64,000 nucleotides of DNA. Source: a virus. The stretch's first letter is position 1; each line of letters opens with the position of its first letter. The stretch lies in the IMG/VR virus record IMGVR_UViG_3300042375_000684; one strand, given 5' to 3'. The position numbers were made by a program, and so were the translations under genes. Shown here piece by piece: positions 26,064-34,208 of the stretch. The notes under the pieces are model-generated. The model was given only the letters and a program-made list of their open reading frames with translations, had not been told where the DNA came from and did no database searches.

Positions 26064-28406
26064 TTACATAGCAGATCCGAAACTTAATTCGGAATCGGAA
26101 TTCGACATGTTATTAATGTATGTCGGACCGCCAACATATGTTGCAGCTCTAGCATCAGTAGGAGCATATGTAGGTGCATTTATGCTAGCAGCTGCTTGTG
26201 CAGAAGCCGCCGTTCTTCTTTCAATTTCTGCTTCAAGTCTAGCACTTCGTTCCTGTTCTTGTTGTATTCTTGTACTAGTTTCTCTAATCGCGCCGTCCAT
26301 CGGGATATTGCCTTGAGCACCTGTTAAATTAGATTCGGCAGTTGCCGATGCAGCACTCTGCTGCACATTTGGATTTACATTTGATTTTCCTAATACAAAG
26401 TTTACCTTTGCTATTGCATCAGCCATCTCATCTAATTGAAGTGATGGGTTTAATAAACCTTTTGGAAAATTAATATCTTCTCCCCACCAACTGCCAGACC
26501 CTTCTACAGGACCGCCGTGGGCCAGCGCATCCAAGAATGGAATTGCTCTACCTAAATCTATAGCTAATTGTTTAAAATCAAGATTAATTCCACTAATTTT
26601 AATATCTGCAAATTTACTTAAAGCAGACGTAATTTTTTCTAATGCTTCTCCGCCTTTTACCAAGCCATCCGCATTATCAGCAATTTTCATAATTTGATCA
26701 AATGCACTTTCGCCAGTAAAAAATGCAATAATTGCTGCCCCAGCTTGCCCCAAACCACTAATTATAGAACCAACACCAAATGCTGCCAAGCCAGCAGAAA
26801 CGGAAATTAGACCAGCACCAAGTCCTACTAAATCAATACCATCCAGTTCTTTTGCGGCGGCGACACCTTGGAACACATTAGTAAATAGTGCTTTTAATCC
26901 AGCACCTGGTTCACCACCAGTTCCCATTGCTATTAATTGAGTAATACCATCACCGACTGCAAGTGCTGACATAAAACCTGCTATACCAACACCAATTAAA
27001 GGTAGACCTACAGCTATGGTTGCCCCTCCGACACCGGTCGCTGCGACTGCCATCAGTACACCAAGTGCTGTCATAGCTTCTGTACTTAACGATAAAATTA
27101 TGTCATTAAACATTTTAAACGCAGAAACTAAACCTTCGCCACTTCCTGAAGGTATTCCATCAAGCCATGATAAGCCCTTATCTGCTAGAACAAGCCCACC
27201 CAAGAATCCTGCAATACCAGCACTAATACCAAACATATTTTTTGCAATAGTTGCAGGATTGATAGTAAATTTAGATGCAATACCTAGTAATCCTCCAAGT
27301 ATAGCAACACTTTCTACAGAAAGACCTGTCACAGAATCATTAAACAATTTAAATGCGCCATTTAAATCAGAACCATCTGTTCCAGATATTCCTGTAATCC
27401 AATCAAGACCTATATCTGTTAAAACAAGACCACCTAAAAAGCCTGCAATACCAGCGCTAACTCCAAACATATTTTTGGCAGTCCTTTTTGGATCTGCATC
27501 AAATTTAGTTGCAACTGCTGCTAAACCACCCAGCACTAATAAACTTTCAGGTGAAAGACTTCCTACTGAATCACTGAACATTTTAAATACCGTGCTTAGA
27601 CCAGAACCATCTGCCCCAGATATTCCTGTAATCCAATCAAGACCTATATCTGTTAAAACAAGACCACCTAAAAAGCCTGCAATACCAGCAGCAACACCTG
27701 TCATATTTTTTGCTAAACTTTTTGCATCTCCGCCGAACGCTTGATTTGCTATAGCTATAGCAGCTACACCAGCAAATAAAGTCACTGCCCCAGTAGTAAG
27801 ATTACCTATAGCTTCACTAAATGAAGCTAGCGCGCCGCCGACAGCAGAATAATCATTTCCAACCCAACTTAGTCCAATTTCACCAATAGAAAGACCTACT
27901 AAAAATCCACTAATGCCGGCGCCAAGTCCTGTCATCCCACTTGCAGTACCAAGACCATAAAGATTTTTAAGAGAAGCAGTTCCCGCCGCGATTGCCGCGG
28001 CGCCAGCTAATGCAGTCATTGCAGCTGGCGATAGATTTTCCATTGCATCACTAAACGACGCAAACGCAGTACTTAGTCCGCTATAATCGTTGCCAAGCCA
28101 GTCTAATCCTACACTTCCTATTGAAAGCGCTGCCATAAATCCTGCTATGCCAGCACCCATACCTATGAGACCCCCGGCTCCGCTAGCAGCAGCACCTATA
28201 CCAGCACCAACACCCGGCGCAGCTGCTTGACCTATAGATTGTCCCTGAGCGGCCTGCGCGGCAGGAGAAACAATATCAGTACCAGTACTAGAAAGACGAT
28301 CTCTAGTTGCTTGAGCAGTAAGCATATTGACCAATAACGTTTTTTGATCAGTCATTGTCTTATCAATAGATTTTAAAACATCCTGGAGATCGTCTAATGT
28401 TGCCAT
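26064..28406 (-). CDS. tape measure / baseplate hub protein (gp29-like)
   Basis: 780 aa, Ala/Gly-rich and hydrophobic with ~78-aa internal repeats; immediately downstream of gp26/gp51. Confidence 0.65.
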   Translation of the reverse strand: MATLDDLQDVLKSIDKTMTDQKTLLVNMLTAQATRDRLSSTGTDIVSPAAQAAQGQSIGQAAAPGVGAGIGAAASGAGGLIGMGAGIAGFMAALSIGSVGLDWLGNDYSGLSTAFASFSDAMENLSPAAMTALAGAAAIAAGTASLKNLYGLGTASGMTGLGAGISGFLVGLSIGEIGLSWVGNDYSAVGGALASFSEAIGNLTTGAVTLFAGVAAIAIANQAFGGDAKSLAKNMTGVAAGIAGFLGGLVLTDIGLDWITGISGADGSGLSTVFKMFSDSVGSLSPESLLVLGGLAAVATKFDADPKRTAKNMFGVSAGIAGFLGGLVLTDIGLDWITGISGTDGSDLNGAFKLFNDSVTGLSVESVAILGGLLGIASKFTINPATIAKNMFGISAGIAGFLGGLVLADKGLSWLDGIPSGSGEGLVSAFKMFNDIILSLSTEAMTALGVLMAVAATGVGGATIAVGLPLIGVGIAGFMSALAVGDGITQLIAMGTGGEPGAGLKALFTNVFQGVAAAKELDGIDLVGLGAGLISVSAGLAAFGVGSIISGLGQAGAAIIAFFTGESAFDQIMKIADNADGLVKGGEALEKITSALSKFADIKISGINLDFKQLAIDLGRAIPFLDALAHGGPVEGSGSWWGEDINFPKGLLNPSLQLDEMADAIAKVNFVLGKSNVNPNVQQSAASATAESNLTGAQGNIPMDGAIRETSTRIQQEQERSARLEAEIERRTAASAQAAASINAPTYAPTDARAATYVGGPTYINNMSNSDSELSFGSAM
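27382..27689. repeat. identical 74-bp direct repeats, 234 nt apart, within the tape measure gene
   Basis: 27382-27455 equals 27616-27689 (CCAGATATTCCTGTAATCC...GCAATACCAGC). Confidence 0.85.
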
Positions 28407-28580
28407 TTATCTAGTTCTTTCTTTCTCGTTTTGACTTTGAATATATTCAATTAACATATCAAAATATAAATCTCTTTCATATGGTAATAAATTTTCAATA
28501 TCAGATATACTATATTTATGGTGTTGAGCCATTCCAAATACTTTTTGGTAGTATACAAAAAGATTAGTGTGACTCGTGAT
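28407..28580 (-). CDS. gp51: gp51-like baseplate hub assembly frame with no ATG before the conserved core
   Basis: Manual translation ITSHTNLFVYYQKVFGMAQHHKYSISDIENLLPYERDLYFDMLIEYIQ... matches the gp51 pattern; it lies in the -1 frame of gp26. Confidence 0.78.
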   Translation of the reverse strand: MTSHTNLFVYYQKVFGMAQHHKYSISDIENLLPYERDLYFDMLIEYIQSQNEKERTR

Positions 28581-29281
28581 TATATAAAAAAACTTTGAGT
28601 ACCTTGTATTGTAAATACCTTATCTTTACCTTTAGAATTTTTATATGGCATCTCGTGTCTTACTTTTGGCATTGTATCAAAAAATGTCTTAATCTTCTTT
28701 ATGACATCAGCGTGCAAACTTTCAATAAATTCATCAACCTGTTTCTTTGTAAAATCTTTGAAGTTATATACTTCATTTTCTGATGCTAACATGTCAATGC
28801 ATGAAATTAGAATTTCATAACTTTTCTCTGGTGATAAATCTTGTTTATCTAAAATTTCTGTAAAATCATCTATAGAAGGATATTTTAGAAAAATTGTATA
28901 TTTTTCATCTAATGATATTTTATTTGTATGCTTTTCATCTCTATAGACTTTTACATTTTGAAGATCTAAAGTCAATTTTATTTTTTCTTGTGTATCTGGA
29001 TCGTCAATTTCAAATTCTACATTATTATCAACAGATCTTGATCTGATATTAATAAGTAAATACTCAAGATCAAATAGTGCTAATTTATCTACATCATAAT
29101 CTTGTATACAATTATTTACAATTTGTTTAATTGCCATAATAATCTGTTCTGGATCTTTAGATTGCTGCGCAGTCAAAAGAATTTTTTCTTCTTTGACAGT
29201 GAATGGTCTATATTGAACTTTCTTTCCATTAGAAGGAAGTATTAATTCATAAAGTGGTAACTCAATTTTTGGTAGTGACAT
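28580..29281 (-). CDS. gp26: baseplate hub assembly protein gp26
   Basis: LPKIELPLYEL.LPS.GK...YRPFTVKEEKILL, DLEYL...IR.RSV, KYPS, FF..MPK and terminal QSFF. Confidence 0.92.
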   Translation of the reverse strand: MSLPKIELPLYELILPSNGKKVQYRPFTVKEEKILLTAQQSKDPEQIIMAIKQIVNNCIQDYDVDKLALFDLEYLLINIRSRSVDNNVEFEIDDPDTQEKIKLTLDLQNVKVYRDEKHTNKISLDEKYTIFLKYPSIDDFTEILDKQDLSPEKSYEILISCIDMLASENEVYNFKDFTKKQVDEFIESLHADVIKKIKTFFDTMPKVRHEMPYKNSKGKDKVFTIQGTQSFFI

Positions 29282-29294
29282 TTATCTCTCCATG

Positions 29295-30095
29295 TTAAAA
29301 TAGCCCGCGAAATGTATTAAAGGTATTTTTTATAGCATTAAAATCATTTCGGACTGTTGTAAAAGTATTTATTGCATCTTGTACTGTTGTTGGTAAGTTT
29401 CTTTGTTGGGTATTTTGGCCTCTAAATCCCACACTATTTAGTAATTCAAGAGTTCCATTTCCTCTTGATAGATCTGATATTGTAGTACCTGGGTCTGTAG
29501 CAGTGAAATCAAACGCGGTGGCATTAAAGGTTACACCTAATGTTTGGATAGAATCATTAGGAGCCCATGAAAGATTTTTTCCTCCAACTTCTGTTGGAAA
29601 TACATTAGCAAAATTATAAATATATGTATCTCCTAATTTGCCATCTGCATTAGTTTTAAAATGATGTATTTCCATTGTACCACAAGCATAGTCTTCCTTA
29701 TATCCTATTTCATATGGTAGGTGATCCCCGTTGACCTGTGATAAAGAACCACCATAAATAGTGTTATAATTTATTATCTCTTGCATCCAAGAATGAAAGA
29801 ATGAAAGTACTCTATGTTCAGAATCTAGCATGAACGTGCAATTTATATTAACTGAGGATAAGTTTAGTGGCATTGCTTCAGGTATACCTATTGTATTAGG
29901 AGTGTATGATGCAGAATTTATATTCAAAGCTGGTATTGATACTTCAGAACAAAAGAATCTAAGATCAAATTTATCAATAAAATCAATTTTACGAGTTGGC
30001 TTAGACTGTGTTCCAAGTGATACAACAAATAAATTTGATTTTGCAGGGCCGCCATACTTATTCATTACTGACTTAAATTCGTTAATATTGAACAT
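29295..30095 (-). CDS. gp54: tail-tube initiator gp54 (gp19-like fold)
   Basis: FNINEFKS...GGPAKSNLF, FFCSEVSIP, FF.SW...I and FP..VG...LSW. Confidence 0.7.
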   Translation of the reverse strand: MFNINEFKSVMNKYGGPAKSNLFVVSLGTQSKPTRKIDFIDKFDLRFFCSEVSIPALNINSASYTPNTIGIPEAMPLNLSSVNINCTFMLDSEHRVLSFFHSWMQEIINYNTIYGGSLSQVNGDHLPYEIGYKEDYACGTMEIHHFKTNADGKLGDTYIYNFANVFPTEVGGKNLSWAPNDSIQTLGVTFNATAFDFTATDPGTTISDLSRGNGTLELLNSVGFRGQNTQQRNLPTTVQDAINTFTTVRNDFNAIKNTFNTFRGLF

Positions 30096-30704
30096 TTATT
30101 TTGTTCCTCTTATAATTTTCTGCGAGTCTTCCCAGACTTTAGTTTGTGTAGCACCTTCAAATCTAGCAATATTCAAGAATAACGCCACATCCCATTCGGA
30201 TGGGTTTACATAAAGTAATCTACTGCGAACATGACCGAATAGATAATGTTTTACCGCAGGTCTAAATTCTTTGTATTGTGAACTTGCGTTTAAAATATTA
30301 TATGAAATTTTCATTTTAGTAGTTTCATCATATTTATCATTTGATGCTGTATCATAAATGTTATCCATTAATTTAGCTCTCATCTTCAAAGGTAAGTAGT
30401 GAAAGTTAATTCCTAGGAATCCACCTTTTGCTCTATTGATAGGAAATATGAGAGGTACTCTGTCATAATATGGAAGTGTATCTTTATGCTTTGGATCATA
30501 ATAGAACATATACATTGACCCAATTTGAAATTGACCGCTATTTCTAAATCTGTCAGCATCTGCAGTTCTAAAAAATGAAGTCTCATTTACTTTACCGACT
30601 TCTTTAGCCTTTTCTCGATACCATACTCGTGCGGTACTATTACGAGAAGGCATTTGCCCTGCTCGAATACCTTTTAGTAGAATATCATCAAATATTTTAG
30701 CCAA
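30096..30704 (-). CDS. gp2: DNA end protector gp2
   Basis: MYMFYYDPKHKDTLPYYDRVPLIF...GFLGINFHYLP. Confidence 0.92.
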   Translation of the reverse strand: MAKIFDDILLKGIRAGQMPSRNSTARVWYREKAKEVGKVNETSFFRTADADRFRNSGQFQIGSMYMFYYDPKHKDTLPYYDRVPLIFPINRAKGGFLGINFHYLPLKMRAKLMDNIYDTASNDKYDETTKMKISYNILNASSQYKEFRPAVKHYLFGHVRSRLLYVNPSEWDVALFLNIARFEGATQTKVWEDSQKIIRGTK

Positions 30705-30708
30705 GTTC

Positions 30709-31167
30709 TTACCTTATGTTTAAATGTTTTTCGGTCATTATCTGGAAAATCCAGCCATGAGAACCACAATATTGTCTAGCAGCTTTCCATTTTGCATCAT
30801 TAATACCAAATGTTTTAACTTCGTTTATGTACCGTCTAGAAATTCTACCAGTTGGTGTTTTATTCTTTTTACTTATATCAGGTGGTAGTGTCTGCTTTTC
30901 AGGTTTTATCTCAATCATAATAGTTTCAAACTTATCAGGACCTACCTTTTTATTTAATATCACATCAGGAAAATATCTATGCATCCTACCGTCAATTGGC
31001 GATAAATAAGGAATGGCTAATTCTTCTGATTGCCACCAAATTACATCAGGGTGTAAGTCAATAAATTTGAAAAACTTAAGTTCCCATAATGATCTGTATA
31101 CTATATTGCTCGGATCACCCCGGTATTTTTGCGGATTAGCCGGTCTAAATCGTCCTTTGTATGCCAT
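30709..31167 (-). CDS. gp4: head completion nuclease gp4 (TnsA-like)
   Basis: MAYKGRFRP.NPQKYRGD...YRSLWE, RYFPD, EIKP and KW.AA..YC. Confidence 0.93.
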   Translation of the reverse strand: MAYKGRFRPANPQKYRGDPSNIVYRSLWELKFFKFIDLHPDVIWWQSEELAIPYLSPIDGRMHRYFPDVILNKKVGPDKFETIMIEIKPEKQTLPPDISKKNKTPTGRISRRYINEVKTFGINDAKWKAARQYCGSHGWIFQIMTEKHLNIR

Positions 31168-31180
31168 GCCCAACTTTTAA

Positions 31181-31211
31181 TATAAATAGGTTAAACTCAA
31201 TTGTATTTATA
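31181..31211. promoter_or_regulatory. opposed pair of late promoters
   Basis: TATAAATA on + at 31181-31188 (gp48 operon) and on - at 31204-31211 (gp4 operon). Confidence 0.85.
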
Positions 31212-31223
31212 AGGGATTTCAAG

Positions 31224-32234
31224 GTGACCACACCAAGAGAAGAAATACTAAGAAAGAAAGAAGATCTGAATGGAATGTCTGTATTGACATTTCCAAAAAA
31301 AGATCAATCTGCGCATTCAATGTTACTTATCTTTAAAAAGTATAAGTATCAAAGCCCAGGTACCAGAGGGATAAACAGTGTAGCAGAAAATAATTTCAGC
31401 ATAGAAGAAATAAGTGGAAATGCTCTCTTATTACCTTTGCCTAAAGAAATTAGTGATTCATTTAGAGTCAATATAGGTGAATTTAGTCAAGGTGTATTTG
31501 GCGATGCTGTAAGTCAAAGTGCAAGTTATATGCTAAATGGGGGTGCTACTCCAAGTTTAGGTGGAATTGCAGAAAATATGGGAGTACCTAGCACACAAAC
31601 AATGGTAAAGGGGGTTGGTTCAGCTATTGGTGGAACTCTTGCTTTCTTATCTAGAGGAGCTGGCAAGGCGGGCAAAGCTGGTAAAGGTGCTTCTAGGCTT
31701 CAAGATACAGCTGCAGGTAGTTTTATAGGTTCACAAATAGATGCAGGACAGCTTACAAGTTCGTTGGAGGCAGGTGCGGGTGCTACTGTAAATCCAAAAC
31801 AAGCACTTCAATTCAAAGGAATTGAAATGAAAACACATAGCTTTAGTTGGACATTTGCCCCAAGATCTACAGATGAATCAGATGAAATTCTTAAAATAAC
31901 AAATTTGGTAAAGCGCAATGCACTACCAAGTTATGCCGCATTAGGGCCATTAAAGAGAGCAATTTTAAGTTACCCTAGTACTGTTGATATATACTTTTTT
32001 GGATTACAAGAAGAATATTTTACACGCTATAAAACATGTATGATAGAAAACTTCAATTTTAATTATACACCTCAAGGCATGGCAATTATGAGAGGCGGCA
32101 AACCAGCTGTAGTCAACATGTCTATGACTCTGAAAGAAATGGATATTCATACAGCGGAAGATTATGGTGGTGAAGGTCGGACAATTGATACTAGGACTAT
32201 AAATTCTTTAAATAATCGCGATCGCCAGAATTGA
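31224..32234 (+). CDS. gp48: baseplate tail-tube cap gp48
   Basis: LPLP..I.DS, VNPKQ.LQFKG...R/K..SFSW.F.P.S..ES, YP...I, YTPQG and LKE..I. GTG start with SD AAGGGA inferred. Confidence 0.85.
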   Translation: MTTPREEILRKKEDLNGMSVLTFPKKDQSAHSMLLIFKKYKYQSPGTRGINSVAENNFSIEEISGNALLLPLPKEISDSFRVNIGEFSQGVFGDAVSQSASYMLNGGATPSLGGIAENMGVPSTQTMVKGVGSAIGGTLAFLSRGAGKAGKAGKGASRLQDTAAGSFIGSQIDAGQLTSSLEAGAGATVNPKQALQFKGIEMKTHSFSWTFAPRSTDESDEILKITNLVKRNALPSYAALGPLKRAILSYPSTVDIYFFGLQEEYFTRYKTCMIENFNFNYTPQGMAIMRGGKPAVVNMSMTLKEMDIHTAEDYGGEGRTIDTRTINSLNNRDRQN

Positions 32235-32257
32235 AGAAGAAAAAAGAGGATTATTAA

Positions 32258-32635
32258 ATGTCAAACTATTTTGATCAATTACCAATAATTAACTATAATG
32301 GTTATCAAGTGCGAGATATTTCCCGCAGAAATAGATTAATAACATCTTCACTTTCAAATCCTTATCTGTTTTTACCATACACAATAACAGATGAAGATCG
32401 CCCCGAAGATATTGCATACTATTATTATGGTTCCACCGACTATACTTGGCTAGTACTTCTTGCTAATAAGATTACAGATCCATATTATGAGTGGCCATTA
32501 AAAGATGATGATTTTCATAAATATCTAATTAAAAAATATGAGGAACAATCAGGACAAAAAGGCTATGCTGTTATTGATTGGTTAAAAAATGAAAATATAC
32601 TAGAAAATATAGCTTATTACTCAAAGTTGGTATAA
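32258..32635 (+). CDS. gp53: baseplate wedge gp53, N-terminal part
   Basis: YF..LP.I.Y, RPEDIAYYYYGS..Y.W.VLLAN.I.DPY.EWP. Confidence 0.85.
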   Translation: MSNYFDQLPIINYNGYQVRDISRRNRLITSSLSNPYLFLPYTITDEDRPEDIAYYYYGSTDYTWLVLLANKITDPYYEWPLKDDDFHKYLIKKYEEQSGQKGYAVIDWLKNENILENIAYYSKLV

Positions 32636-32639
32636 ACAA

Positions 32640-32894
32640 ATGGCAATAGATAGACTTATTTTAAATCCGGAAAGTTTTAGAACTATATATCTTAGAAAAG
32701 AAGATAATATCATTCTAAGAACCGAAAAAGGTAGACGAATTGTTATAAGACAAATTATCCCACAAGAATGGATCCCTACAAGACTCTATGATTATGAATA
32801 TGAAATGAATGAAAATAAACGAAATATTCTTTTGGTTGATAAACAATACTTACCAGTTGTTGAAAAAGATCTTAAAAGATTAATGAGAGATTAA
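32640..32894 (+). CDS. gp53 C-terminal-like protein
   Basis: LYDYEYEMNENKRNILLV..QYL......LKRLM resembles the gp53 C-terminus. Confidence 0.65.
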   Translation: MAIDRLILNPESFRTIYLRKEDNIILRTEKGRRIVIRQIIPQEWIPTRLYDYEYEMNENKRNILLVDKQYLPVVEKDLKRLMRD

Positions 32895-32900
32895 TAATTT

Positions 32901-34208
32901 ATGTCTGATCAAGAATTTCTACTTCCGGGTTACTATAAACTTATAGCAGCATATATTTCACCATACGGCAGCACTGCTCGTATAGATATATCTGCTATTA
33001 TACATAAAATAGAAATACAAGAGTCACTTGAAAATGATTCTATACGAGGCTATGTAAGTGTAGCAGACGGCGTTGGATTATTAGAGAAATTACCATTAAG
33101 AGGTGAAGAGAGACTTTTTATTGAAGTAGAAGATATTCTAAAAAACAAGAAAATATTTGATCTTCTGGTGTATAAAATAAAGAATGTTGTTACAAAAGAA
33201 GCAAATGATATCATTTTTTATGATATGGGATTTGTTTCATATATGAGATGGAATGCAGGTACTAGAAAAATAATTAAAGCATTTGATGGTCTTATTTCAA
33301 ATACAGTTAAAGAAATATTTGATGCAAATTATAGTCCAAACACAAAACCTATAGCAATAGAAAGAACTGAAGGTGATTTTTATTGCGTAATACCTAATTA
33401 TATGCCGCCTCAGGCTTTAAAATTTCTTGCAAATAGAGCATATAGTAATTTATCACCATCGTGTACATTTAGATTCTTTGAAAATTCTGAATCATTCTAT
33501 TTTGTTCCTGATGAATGGTTGATTGCAGAAGCAATCCGTTTAAATAATATAAAAGAATTTACTTACACACCATATTCAAATCCTATGGAAATAAGTAGTT
33601 CAAATAATAGAATATCATTTGATCTTGAAGTACAATTACGAAATTTAATAGAACTTAAGAATACAGATCGTATTAATACTGTTGCAGATTTGTTAAGTGG
33701 TGCTTATCGTAATAATCCTATAGTCGTAGATTTTGTAAATAAAACTGTAACTAATAATAGATATTCATATGAAGATAGTAAAACTGAATTTGCTAGTCTT
33801 AATTTCGGCAATAAAAATATTGAAGATACTCACGGTGATAATTTTATCAATAGAGTTTTTACTGATGAAAATGAAAGACGCTATTTAGTTTTTAAAGATT
33901 ATCAATCTGCTGGGGATGGACCAACTACTATTAGAAGTGATCAATATCTCCCAGAAATTGTTTCTAGACGAACTACATACCGCTATATGCTTTATAGAAA
34001 TAAAATCTATGTGAAAGCACATGGAAGGCTAGATTTAAAGGCTGGCGATGTTGTGAAATTAAAAATACCAGAAATAACACCCGGCGAAAATAAGACTGAT
34101 TCTAAATTAGCTGGTAATTATTTAGTTCACGATTGCACTCACACATTTAATAAAGAAGTATACGAAGTTTCTATGATGTTAACTAAATTTGATTGGAGAG
34201 AAGATTAA
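32901..34208 (+). CDS. baseplate hub protein (gp27/VgrG-like)
   Basis: G...V.DG.G.L..LPLRGEE, FRFFE and HGRLDLKAGDVV.L...GNYLV..C.H; lies before gp5. Confidence 0.72.
   Translation: MSDQEFLLPGYYKLIAAYISPYGSTARIDISAIIHKIEIQESLENDSIRGYVSVADGVGLLEKLPLRGEERLFIEVEDILKNKKIFDLLVYKIKNVVTKEANDIIFYDMGFVSYMRWNAGTRKIIKAFDGLISNTVKEIFDANYSPNTKPIAIERTEGDFYCVIPNYMPPQALKFLANRAYSNLSPSCTFRFFENSESFYFVPDEWLIAEAIRLNNIKEFTYTPYSNPMEISSSNNRISFDLEVQLRNLIELKNTDRINTVADLLSGAYRNNPIVVDFVNKTVTNNRYSYEDSKTEFASLNFGNKNIEDTHGDNFINRVFTDENERRYLVFKDYQSAGDGPTTIRSDQYLPEIVSRRTTYRYMLYRNKIYVKAHGRLDLKAGDVVKLKIPEITPGENKTDSKLAGNYLVHDCTHTFNKEVYEVSMMLTKFDWRED

Noticed and set aside
32631-32638. TATAAACA as a late promoter for the second gp53 half
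   Set aside because: It is too close to the ATG at 32640; transcription would start at or beyond the start codon.
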